DNA from: Sulfurimonadaceae bacterium
GTDB lineage: Bacteria > Campylobacterota > Campylobacteria > Campylobacterales > Sulfurimonadaceae
NCBI GenBank assembly: GCA_050292115.1
Contig: JBNKLA010000057.1
Span: forward strand, 239-64,238
Direction of reading: 5' to 3'
Length of the DNA stretch: 64,000 nucleotides
In this document: one piece after another, positions 9,756-17,864 of the stretch
Layout of the letters: every line of letters starts with the position of its first letter
Numbering within the stretch: position 1 is the stretch's first letter
Made by a program: the position numbers and the translations under genes
Notes under the pieces: model-generated
What the model was told of the DNA's origin: nothing
Databases searched by the model: none
What the model saw: only the letters and a program-made list of their open reading frames with translations

Positions 9756-10805
9756 TTAACCGTAAAACGTTTTATACCACGCCACAAAATGCTTAATCCC
9801 CTCACGTAGATCCGTATCGGGTTTATACTCAAAATCTTCTACCAGCGCATCTACATCGGCATAGGTCGAAACTACATCGCCGTCTTGCATGGGTAGCATC
9901 TCTTTTTGCGCCTCTTGTCCCAATTCTGCTTCAAGTGTTTTAATGAAGTCCATAAGTGCCACGGGTTTATTATTGCCGATATTATAAATTCGGTACGGTG
10001 CCGAGGAGCTGTCGATCTCAGGATCATCCGAGTTCCACGAAGTATTGCGTTGTGCCGGTTTGTCAATCACATTTACTACCCCACTCACGATATCATTGAT
10101 ATAGGTGAAGTCACGGCTCATCTGCCCGTTGTTAAAGACTTTGATGGGACGGTTGTTTAAAATGGCATCGCTAAAGAGCATGGGTGCCATGTCGGGTCGT
10201 CCCCACGGCCCATACACGGTAAAAAAGCGCAGTCCCGTCGTCTGAATCCCAAAAAGATGACTATACACATGCGCCATCATCTCATTAGATTTTTTCGTTG
10301 CGGCGTACATGCTTACCGGATGTTCCGTTTTGTCCGACGTTTTAAAGGGTTGCGAGGTATTTAGACCATACACCGACGAACTCGAAGCGTAGGTGAGATG
10401 CTTTATCTCAAAACGGCGACACGCCTCTAAAATATTTAAAAAGCCGCTCACATTGCTATCGACATACGCCTGAGGATTTTCAAGCGAATAGCGCACCCCT
10501 GCTTGCGCCGCAAGGTGACACACCGCATCAAAACGCTCGGTTTCAAAGATTTGAAACAGTGCTTGCTGATCGGAGAGATCGGTTTTATAAAAACGGTGCT
10601 GCTCGTATGTTTGCGATGCTACGGCACTATTATCACTTATAGCATCACGCGCTATTCCCAGTACATGTAAGCGTCCGTATTTGAGATTAACATCATAATA
10701 ATCATTGATATTATCAACCCCAATCACCTCATCGCCACGCTCAAGTAGACGCCGTGCAAGGTGAAAGCCGATAAATCCGGCGCTTCCCGTTACTAAAATT
10801 TTCAT
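9756..10805 (-). CDS. NAD-dependent nucleotide-sugar epimerase (UDP-glucuronate 4-epimerase-like)
   Basis: MKILVTGSAGFIGFHL Rossmann start and a YAATK catalytic motif. The internal ATG at 10805 is preferred to the tracked start at 10865. Confidence 0.85.
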   Translation of the reverse strand: MKILVTGSAGFIGFHLARRLLERGDEVIGVDNINDYYDVNLKYGRLHVLGIARDAISDNSAVASQTYEQHRFYKTDLSDQQALFQIFETERFDAVCHLAAQAGVRYSLENPQAYVDSNVSGFLNILEACRRFEIKHLTYASSSSVYGLNTSQPFKTSDKTEHPVSMYAATKKSNEMMAHVYSHLFGIQTTGLRFFTVYGPWGRPDMAPMLFSDAILNNRPIKVFNNGQMSRDFTYINDIVSGVVNVIDKPAQRNTSWNSDDPEIDSSSAPYRIYNIGNNKPVALMDFIKTLEAELGQEAQKEMLPMQDGDVVSTYADVDALVEDFEYKPDTDLREGIKHFVAWYKTFYG

Positions 10806-10883
10806 ATTTTTGCTTATAGTTTTTTTAGCATTATACTCTATTGCAAAGCGGGTGGTATAATACACGTTTCATTTAGGAGCGCT

Positions 10884-12581
10884 ATGAAAGCTGTTTTCAA
10901 ACGTTACTGGCCCTATCTCAAAGAGTATAAACGCTACTACGTTCTTGTAATTACAGGCATTATTCTGACCGTTGCAGCTACCACGGCTACGGCGCATATT
11001 ATGAAGCCGTTGATGGACGAGATGTTCATAGCCCGCGATCCGGCGATGCTGGTAGGCATTCCGCTGGGGATGATCGGCATCTATTTTATCAAGTCCGTCG
11101 GGCGCTATATTCAAAGCGTTTTTACCCGTCATATCGGAATGCACATCGTCTCGCGGTTTCGTGAGATGCTTTTAGCAAAAATTCTCTACTCCGATATGGA
11201 GTTTTTATACGCCAACCGTAGCGGTGAGCTGATTTCACGTCTTACCAACGACATGAACCGTATTCACTACTTTGTCTCCAACATGCTACCCGATCTGATT
11301 TTAGAGTCGCTTACCATTGTGGCACTGGTGGGATATGTAGTCTATCTCGATCCAGGGCTTAGTTTTTACGCGTTTATCGTAATTCCGCTGGTGATTGTGC
11401 CGCTCATCAAAATCGCCCGCCGTCTTAAAAAGCTCTCGCACCGCTCCCAAGAGAAAAACGCCGATGTCGTCACGCGCCTTACCGAGGTCTTTAACAACAA
11501 CGAAGTCATCAAAGCCAATGCGACCGAAGCGTATGAGCTGAAGCGCTTTAGTGCGGAGAACTGGAAGTTTTTTCGCATTAACATGAAGTCGGTCTACACC
11601 AACGAACTGGTTTCACCTATTATGGAAATTCTGGGCGCTTCGGCACTGGCGGCCATTATCTACATCGGCGGGCACAAGGTGTATGACGGCAGCATGAGCG
11701 TGGGCGAGTTTACCGCGTTTTTAACGGCCGTGGGATTGGCGTTTCAGCCCATTCGCCGTGTGGGCTCCATCTACGGCAAGATTCAAGACGCCATTGCCGC
11801 GAGTGAGCGCATCTTTGCCGTGCTTGATCGAGACGATCACGTTGTCGATGGAAGCACGCAGCTTGAGGAGGATATCACCTCTATTGCGCTGCGAGATGTC
11901 ACCATGCATTATGGCGACACAAAGGCGCTTGAGGGTATTACCCTTGAACTCAAAGCCGGCGATACGGTGGCGCTGGTAGGTGACAGCGGTGGCGGCAAAA
12001 GCTCCCTGATTAACCTGCTGATGCGCTTTTATGAACCCTCTAGCGGCTCTATTACCGTTAACGCCATGCCCATCGAGGCCTTTACCCAGCACTCGCTACG
12101 CCACCATATCGCCATTGTGACCCAGCGTGTTTATATTTTTCAAGACACCCTTGCCGCCAATGTCGCTTATGGCGAAGCGGTCGATGAGGCGCGTGTCATA
12201 GAAGCGCTCAAACTCGCCGATGCTTTAGAGTTTGCACAGAAACTTGAGAACGGCATCCATACCCTTATGGAAGAGTTTGGCGCCAACCTCTCCGGCGGCC
12301 AGCGCCAGCGTATCGCTATTGCCCGCGCCATCTACAAACATGCGTCGCTGCTGATTCTCGATGAAGCCACCAGTGCGCTTGATAACGCCAGCGAACAGCG
12401 CATTCAAAACGCGCTGGAAAACTACGCCAAAGACAAGATTACCATTATCATCGCCCACCGGCTTGATACGATTAAACACGCCGATACGATTTTGGTGTTT
12501 GAATCGGGGAAAATTGTGGAGCGCGGCAGTTACGACACACTCAAAAATGATTCACGGGTCTTTAAGAATCTGATTCGCTGA
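10884..12581 (+). CDS. msbA: MsbA-like ABC exporter (fused permease-ATPase)
   Basis: Six-TM N-terminal half, Walker A GDSGGGKSS, signature LSGGQRQR and Walker B LLILDEATS. Confidence 0.85.
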   Translation: MKAVFKRYWPYLKEYKRYYVLVITGIILTVAATTATAHIMKPLMDEMFIARDPAMLVGIPLGMIGIYFIKSVGRYIQSVFTRHIGMHIVSRFREMLLAKILYSDMEFLYANRSGELISRLTNDMNRIHYFVSNMLPDLILESLTIVALVGYVVYLDPGLSFYAFIVIPLVIVPLIKIARRLKKLSHRSQEKNADVVTRLTEVFNNNEVIKANATEAYELKRFSAENWKFFRINMKSVYTNELVSPIMEILGASALAAIIYIGGHKVYDGSMSVGEFTAFLTAVGLAFQPIRRVGSIYGKIQDAIAASERIFAVLDRDDHVVDGSTQLEEDITSIALRDVTMHYGDTKALEGITLELKAGDTVALVGDSGGGKSSLINLLMRFYEPSSGSITVNAMPIEAFTQHSLRHHIAIVTQRVYIFQDTLAANVAYGEAVDEARVIEALKLADALEFAQKLENGIHTLMEEFGANLSGGQRQRIAIARAIYKHASLLILDEATSALDNASEQRIQNALENYAKDKITIIIAHRLDTIKHADTILVFESGKIVERGSYDTLKNDSRVFKNLIR

Positions 12582-13245
12582 TACGCTCAAAAAAGAGATA
12601 ATAGAGCATCTTCGCCGTAATATACATAATAAAAAACGACACGACCACATCGCTCAAAAAGTGTCCTCCCGCCGCCATGCGGGCGTACCCCACCGAAAAC
12701 CCGTACAGCAGTGCCAGTGTCATCCAGAGTTTTTTACGGCGCGCTAGCAGTGCATAGGCAATAAGCGCAAATGCGCCCGAGGCGTGCCCGCTACTAAACG
12801 AGTTGCCGTTTTGATCGCTCAGTACAAACGCGGGTGTAAAGGTGCGTTTGCCTCCAAACTCCTCAATTTGTATCGGACGCGCGCGCCCCCAGTGATCTTT
12901 GAGTAGTGCATTCACAATCAATCCCGAACCGATACCCAGCACCAAGAGCGCAAAGAGCAGTTTTTTACCGTCAAATGCCGCAATCGTTTTGGAGTTGATA
13001 CGGTTGTAGATCCACACGCCAAGCGCCAGTACGTTGATGCCGATGAGTAAGACGGGCACACTTTTATATAGCACCATTTCCCACCAGCTATTTTTGGAAT
13101 AAAATCCCATTTCGGGGGTATAAAAGAGTCCTGAGGTTTGCAGATCGATTTGCGGGTAAAAAATCCATATAAACGAAGTGGCAAGAAAAAGAAGCCAAAT
13201 AGGGAACGGGACGGAGTTCAAAAACGCTTTCATAAGCGTAATCAT
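12562..13245 (-). CDS. PAP2-family membrane phosphatase (possibly a lipid A or undecaprenyl-PP phosphatase)
   Basis: PAP2 motifs KDHWGRARP, SFSSGHAS and GGHFLSD. The start is uncertain (13266 TTG, 13245 or 13233 ATG). Confidence 0.7.
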   Translation of the reverse strand: MITLMKAFLNSVPFPIWLLFLATSFIWIFYPQIDLQTSGLFYTPEMGFYSKNSWWEMVLYKSVPVLLIGINVLALGVWIYNRINSKTIAAFDGKKLLFALLVLGIGSGLIVNALLKDHWGRARPIQIEEFGGKRTFTPAFVLSDQNGNSFSSGHASGAFALIAYALLARRKKLWMTLALLYGFSVGYARMAAGGHFLSDVVVSFFIMYITAKMLYYLFFERISESDS

Positions 13246-13290
13246 ACCAGAATGCCGCGGTAGCAACTACCGGCGGCGACCAAAACCGAT

Positions 13291-13506
13291 TTAATTTCCG
13301 TGCTGTTTCTCTAAACACGTCTCATATTCGGTGTCACATGCCTGATAGCATTTATCGGCATCTTCGGGTGCTTCGGCACATTTGTCCATGCACTGATCGT
13401 ATTTTTCGTCACATACGGCAGGCTGATAGCTCTCTTCTTCGGCACTTACGGGTGCGCTAAAAAGCATTGCCACAGCAAGAAGACTCAAAAAGTACTTCAT
13501 TTGCAT
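13291..13506 (-). CDS. Small secreted acidic six-cysteine protein
   Basis: Signal peptide MQMKYFLSLLAVAMLFSAPVSA, then CX6CX3CX9CX3CX6C. The upstream part of tracked ORF 13291..13644 has no coding character. Confidence 0.6.
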   Translation of the reverse strand: MQMKYFLSLLAVAMLFSAPVSAEEESYQPAVCDEKYDQCMDKCAEAPEDADKCYQACDTEYETCLEKQHGN

Positions 13507-13769
13507 TACACTATTCTCCAAAATTTTAAAATTGTCATAAGATTGTTTTGTTAGGATGCAGATACAGTTTTTACTGTAACTTCTATCCTGACAAAACGCC
13601 TCAAGGTTCGTTTTACTCAGGCGTATACCGATGCGAACCGCCAAGAAGCATCGGTGTACACACGTGCGTTTTCTATCCGCCCAAGAATTATACTCCCAAA
13701 AAAAATCTTTTATGCTTTGATTTTTTTGAAGAAATCAGATTAATTTTTCGAGTCTTTACAGGATAGCTT

Positions 13770-14486
13770 TTGCACCAGATTAGCAACCACATTTTTTGCG
13801 ACGACTTCGTCTTTAACGTCACTCAAAACCCCCTATTAATGCCTTCGGCTTACGAAGATTATCCCTATCTTTTAATTCCCGATTTTTTTGATACGCTACA
13901 GACATCACTGATTATGGATGAGGTACACCAATCGCTCATTAACACCAAAAAAGCGGCACAGATTAAAATTTCCAAGCAGGGCGCTTATATCCCCAAACTT
14001 CAAAAAGAGATTCGGCATACCCAAACTCTTGAACTAAGCGATACGATTCTCTCAAGCTATTTTGATGCATTTGCTAAGATTCAAAAAACTATCGAAGCGT
14101 TCTTTTGCGCACCGCTCTCAACGGCATCGCACCCGCAAGGGCTTTTTTATGAGCAGGGCGGTTTTTATATGCCACATGCCGATGATTCAAGTATGGTGCT
14201 GGATTCAGATGGAGAGACTGTGGGATTTAAGCACGTGGCACCCCAACGTAAAATTACGACGATTGCATTTTGCAATTCGCATTGTGATTATGATGCTAAA
14301 GGTTTTGAGGGCGGCGAAGTGGTGTTTAGCTATTTAAAAACCAAAAACGGTGAAAGGGTACGTATTAAGCCCAAAGCAGGAACGTTACTGGCATTTCCAA
14401 GCAACCCCCTTTTTGTGCATGAAGTGACCAAAGTTACACAAGGCCAACGTTTTTGCATTGTACAGTGGCATAACGCCGTATTATAG
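13770..14486 (+). CDS. 2OG-Fe(II) oxygenase (prolyl 4-hydroxylase-like)
   Basis: HAD facial triad (YMPHADD), a distal His in FVHEV, and a conserved R (GQRF). TTG start with AGGA 6 nt upstream; an alternative ATG lies at 13839. Confidence 0.7.
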   Translation: MHQISNHIFCDDFVFNVTQNPLLMPSAYEDYPYLLIPDFFDTLQTSLIMDEVHQSLINTKKAAQIKISKQGAYIPKLQKEIRHTQTLELSDTILSSYFDAFAKIQKTIEAFFCAPLSTASHPQGLFYEQGGFYMPHADDSSMVLDSDGETVGFKHVAPQRKITTIAFCNSHCDYDAKGFEGGEVVFSYLKTKNGERVRIKPKAGTLLAFPSNPLFVHEVTKVTQGQRFCIVQWHNAVL

Positions 14487-14488
14487 CG

Positions 14489-14498
14489 TTACATGTAA
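14489..14498. repeat. TTACATGTAA palindrome filling the gap between convergent stop codons
   Basis: The 12-nt gap 14487-14498 reads CGTTACATGTAA; GTTACATGTAAC is a 12-bp palindrome. Confidence 0.95.
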
Positions 14499-14975
14499 CT
14501 ATTTAGAACACGTCGTTAAGCTGGCCTCTTGGACTAACTGCTTGATGTTGTCATCAAAATAGCGCACGGTTTTGCCATCAACTTCGACATCAAGTTTGCG
14601 AATGCTAAAACACTCTACCTCTGTATCACCCCATCCACCATTGAGTACCGGCTTGGCATTGACGCTCCCCGGAGAGACATGTTCGTAATCCTCCACCCAG
14701 TGTGCCATTGTGGTGCCCTCAGCTTTGGCTTCGAGCTCATAAATTACGACGGAGATTAACTTATCGGATGTATTTGCAAAGTTGATAACCGGATGCACCT
14801 GACCGGTTTTGGAATCTTTAAAGGTTGAAACGCCATAAATCACCAAAGGCAAACCCGCTTTTTTGGCCGCTTCGACATCTACGCTATTTTTAGGGGCTTT
14901 GGGCTGTTTGGAACACCCACTAAATAAGACCGAAAATATCAATGCCAAAACGATAAACGCACTAAATTGCTTCAT
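14499..14975 (-). CDS. Lipoprotein of unknown function
   Basis: Signal peptide with lipobox LFSGC (MKQFSAFIVLALIFSVLFSGCSK). Confidence 0.7.
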   Translation of the reverse strand: MKQFSAFIVLALIFSVLFSGCSKQPKAPKNSVDVEAAKKAGLPLVIYGVSTFKDSKTGQVHPVINFANTSDKLISVVIYELEAKAEGTTMAHWVEDYEHVSPGSVNAKPVLNGGWGDTEVECFSIRKLDVEVDGKTVRYFDDNIKQLVQEASLTTCSK

Positions 14976-15093
14976 AACACTGCTCCATTAAGAATTTGAA
15001 ATTATTATAGCAAAACAGCCCAATTGAATAAAAAAATATTATACTTATTGAAGATTTTTAGAGTGGATGTGATAATTTTTTGATACGTAAGGG

Positions 15094-15123
15094 TTTACAT
15101 GTAAGCCTAAACTTACATGTAAA
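15094..15123. repeat. Inverted pair of TTACATGTAA motifs downstream of dnaK
   Basis: TTTACATGTAAG (15094-15105) and CTTACATGTAAA (15112-15123) are perfect reverse complements with a 6-nt loop. No T-tract follows on the dnaK strand. Confidence 0.9.
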
Positions 15124-15139
15124 AGGGGAAAGAAAAATG

Positions 15140-17026
15140 TTACTCAATCTCAGCGTCGATCACGTCGTCTTCTGCTTTTTTAGCACCGGAAGCTGCTTCG
15201 CCACCTGCTGCGCCCTCTTGTTGTTTGTACATCTGCTCCGCCATTTTGTGGCTCGCTTCGGTAAGAGCTTTAACCTTCTCTTCGATCTGCTCTTTCGTAG
15301 CCGACTCATCTTTGAGAATCGCTTTAAGATCATCTGCCGCACTCTGAATCGCCGCTTTTTCTTCATCTGAAATCTTATCGCCAATCTCGCCAAGCGATTT
15401 TTCAGTCTGCGCTACCAGTGCGTCGGCTTGGTTGCGAAGATCCACCATCGATTTACGCTCTTCGTCCGCCGCTTTGTTTTTCTCGGCGTCTTGGATCATC
15501 TGGTTGATCTCCTCTTCGCTAAGCCCTGAGCTTCCGGTAATTTTGATCTCTTGCGATTTGCCGGTACCTTTATCTTGCGCCGAAACGGTCAAAATACCGT
15601 TGGCATCAATATCAAAAGTGACCTCAATTTGAGGCACGCCGCGTGGCGCCGATGGAATACCTGTCAGTTCAAAAAGACCAAGCGATTTATTGTCGCGTGC
15701 GAACTCGCGCTCACCCTGACCAACGCTAATGCTCACCGCAGGTTGGTTATCTTCTGCCGTAGAGAATACTTGCGATTTCTTAACCGGAATCGTCGTACCT
15801 TTTTCGATAATTTTTGTCATCACGCCGCCAAGGGTTTCAATCCCAAGGCTAAGCGGCGTCACGTCAAGAAGCAGCACGTCTTTAACATCACCGCGAAGTA
15901 CCCCGCCTTGAATCGCCGCACCGGCCGCAACCACTTCGTCAGGATTCACACCTTTGTTAAGCTCTTTGCCGCCAAAGAACTCAGAAACTTTTTTCTGGGC
16001 AAGTGGAACACGAGTCGAACCACCGACCATAATGATCTCTTTAATCTCATTGGCATCAAGGTCGGCATCTTTCATCGCCGTTTTGATGTGAGCAATGGTT
16101 TCTTCGATGTATTTCTCAATCATCCCTTCAAATTTCGCGCGAGTCAATTTCACCACAAGGTGTTTAGGGCCTGTCGCATCGGCAGTGATAAACGGTAGGT
16201 TGATCTCGGTTTCAGACGCGGAAGAGAGCTCTTTTTTCGCATTTTCCGCCGCATCTTTAAGACGTTGAAGCGCCATTTTGTCGGCTTTAAGATCAATGCC
16301 GTTATCTTTTTTGAACTCATCCGCAAGATAATTTACAATAGCGTTGTCAAAGTCGTCACCACCCAAGAAAGCGTTACCGTCGGTTGAAAGTACCTCAAAG
16401 GTACCGTCAGAGATTTCCAGTGTCGTAACGTCAAACGTTCCGCCCCCAAGGTCGTAAACGAGTACGTTCTCATCGCTTTTGCTCTCAAGTCCGTATGCCA
16501 GTGCCGAAGCCGTCGGCTCATTAATGATACGAAGCACGTTCAGTCCCGCAATCGTCCCCGCCTCTTTGGTTGCTTTACGCTGTGCGTCATTAAAATAGGC
16601 CGGAACGGTAATGACCGCATCGCTTACGGCAGACCCTAGGTAGCTCTCTGCATCCTCTTTTAGTTTGCTAAGAATTTTTGCCGAAATTTCCTGCGGCGTA
16701 TAGACGGTTCCTGCAACATCGACTGCCGCCATACCGTTTTTATCGACAATGTTATAGGTAACTTTGTCGTGCGCCTCTTTGGCTTTCTCTTCGTTCATCA
16801 TCAGACCCATAATACGTTTGACCGAGTAGATGGTTTTATCAGGATTGGTAATCGCCTGACGTTTTGCGGGATCACCTACAAGCGTTTCGCCTTTATCGGT
16901 AAATGCAACCACCGATGGTGTCGTGTTTTTACCCTCTTTATTGGGGATAACTTTCGCTTCGCCGCCTTCATACACGGCCACACAAGAGTTTGTGGTTCCT
17001 AAATCGATTCCAATTACTTTTGACAT
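15140..17026 (-). CDS. dnaK: Chaperone DnaK (Hsp70)
   Basis: [17 protein letters not shown] and the full-length Hsp70 architecture over 628 aa. Confidence 0.98.
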   Translation of the reverse strand: MSKVIGIDLGTTNSCVAVYEGGEAKVIPNKEGKNTTPSVVAFTDKGETLVGDPAKRQAITNPDKTIYSVKRIMGLMMNEEKAKEAHDKVTYNIVDKNGMAAVDVAGTVYTPQEISAKILSKLKEDAESYLGSAVSDAVITVPAYFNDAQRKATKEAGTIAGLNVLRIINEPTASALAYGLESKSDENVLVYDLGGGTFDVTTLEISDGTFEVLSTDGNAFLGGDDFDNAIVNYLADEFKKDNGIDLKADKMALQRLKDAAENAKKELSSASETEINLPFITADATGPKHLVVKLTRAKFEGMIEKYIEETIAHIKTAMKDADLDANEIKEIIMVGGSTRVPLAQKKVSEFFGGKELNKGVNPDEVVAAGAAIQGGVLRGDVKDVLLLDVTPLSLGIETLGGVMTKIIEKGTTIPVKKSQVFSTAEDNQPAVSISVGQGEREFARDNKSLGLFELTGIPSAPRGVPQIEVTFDIDANGILTVSAQDKGTGKSQEIKITGSSGLSEEEINQMIQDAEKNKAADEERKSMVDLRNQADALVAQTEKSLGEIGDKISDEEKAAIQSAADDLKAILKDESATKEQIEEKVKALTEASHKMAEQMYKQQEGAAGGEAASGAKKAEDDVIDAEIE

Positions 17027-17108
17027 CTTCTATTTCCTTTTAAAATTTATTTTCTAATTTCACCATTGTAGAGCAAACTGATTTTTCGTTGCGCTACTTA
17101 AGTGGCAC

Positions 17109-17660
17109 TCAGTTAGCAATCACAACCATCGCGTCGCGAAGCGTGCGCTCTTTATATTTGTAGCCCTTTTGAAAGGTGTTTACAATTTCACCGCTCTCAT
17201 GCTCTTCGGAATCTACCTGTTGCACGGCATGGTGAATGTTGGGATCAAACGGCTCCTCTTCGCTCACTTGCGTCACGCCGTGTTTTTCAAGCACGCTTAA
17301 AAACTGCTTCATAGTGAGCTCCACGCCCTCTTGCAGTTTTTCCAAAAGCTCTGCCGCGTCCGCTTCACTTTTACCTGCGCTTATGGCACCTTCAAGCGAA
17401 TCAATCACCGGAATCAGATCTTTGGCAAATTTTTCGTTTGCGTACTCAAGTGCTTGATACTTCTCGCGCTCCAGACGCTTTTTAATATTGTCAAAGTCGG
17501 CATGAACGCGCGCATATTTATCTTGCATCGCCGCAAGTGCCGCACCGAGTTGCTCAACTTCGTTTACTTCTTCTTCAGCCGTCTCTTCTTCAACATTTTC
17601 AACCTCTTGGGTTGCTTCCGTCTCTTCCGAAATAGCTTCGTTTTTCTCTTCTGTGGACAT
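17109..17660 (-). CDS. grpE: Nucleotide exchange factor GrpE
   Basis: Acidic N-terminus, coiled coil and a C-terminal beta domain; located upstream of dnaK. Confidence 0.95.
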   Translation of the reverse strand: MSTEEKNEAISEETEATQEVENVEEETAEEEVNEVEQLGAALAAMQDKYARVHADFDNIKKRLEREKYQALEYANEKFAKDLIPVIDSLEGAISAGKSEADAAELLEKLQEGVELTMKQFLSVLEKHGVTQVSEEEPFDPNIHHAVQQVDSEEHESGEIVNTFQKGYKYKERTLRDAMVVIAN

Positions 17661-17695
17661 AAATAAAAACGACTCCTTTTTGAAATCTTAAGGGC

Positions 17696-17775
17696 ATTAT
17701 AGCAATTGAGTCATTTACTGTCAAGTATAATATTAGTCTATTTATATAATTAAACTTGAGTCTATTAGACTAATA
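17696..17775 (-). promoter_or_regulatory. Candidate grpE-dnaK promoter with HAIR-like (HspR-type) and other inverted repeats
   Basis: Minus-strand TATAAT at 17696-17701. ATTGAGT-N7-TGTCAAG (17705-17725) compares with the HAIR consensus CTTGAGT-N7-ACTCAAG. CTTGAGT recurs at 17755-17761. A 10-bp inverted repeat TATTAGTCTA (17731-17740) / TAGACTAATA (17766-17775) is also present. Confidence 0.3.
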
Positions 17776-17784
17776 TAAAAACAG

Positions 17785-17823
17785 AACGTTTACAAAACGT
17801 TAATGGAACGTTGTTGGAACGTT
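17785..17823 (+). promoter_or_regulatory. Four AACGTT palindromes at exact 11-bp phasing upstream of the rhodanese gene
   Basis: AACGTT starts at 17785, 17796, 17807 and 17818 (GAACGTT tac aAAACGTT aat gGAACGTT gtt gGAACGTT). They end 7 nt before TATAAT (17831-17836). An AAGGAG RBS and the ATG follow at 17865. Confidence 0.45.
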
Positions 17824-17864
17824 GACCATGTATAATTACACTCGAATTTTTTTAAGGAGAATTA

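Noticed and set aside
13548-13766. A 72-aa TTG-initiated ORF in the 263-bp intergenic region.
   Set aside because: It is rich in Cys/Tyr/Phe/Pro with no recognisable motif, no RBS and an atypical start. It is more likely non-coding spacer, and is discussed only as a possibly structured region.
15080-15370. A 96-aa plus-strand ORF spanning the dnaK 3' end and the motif pair.
   Set aside because: It overlaps dnaK antisense for most of its length, and its start lies in the repeat region. There is no coding support.
15551-16198. A 215-aa ORF antisense to dnaK, and similar long antisense ORFs at 22287..22889, 46454..47068, 50072..50599, 6137..6658 and 33434..33937.
   Set aside because: They lie fully inside genes with unmistakable conserved products on the other strand. 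They have skewed, low-complexity composition (R/F/N/S/P-rich), and several use non-ATG starts. Long stop-free antisense frames are a known by-product of codon bias.
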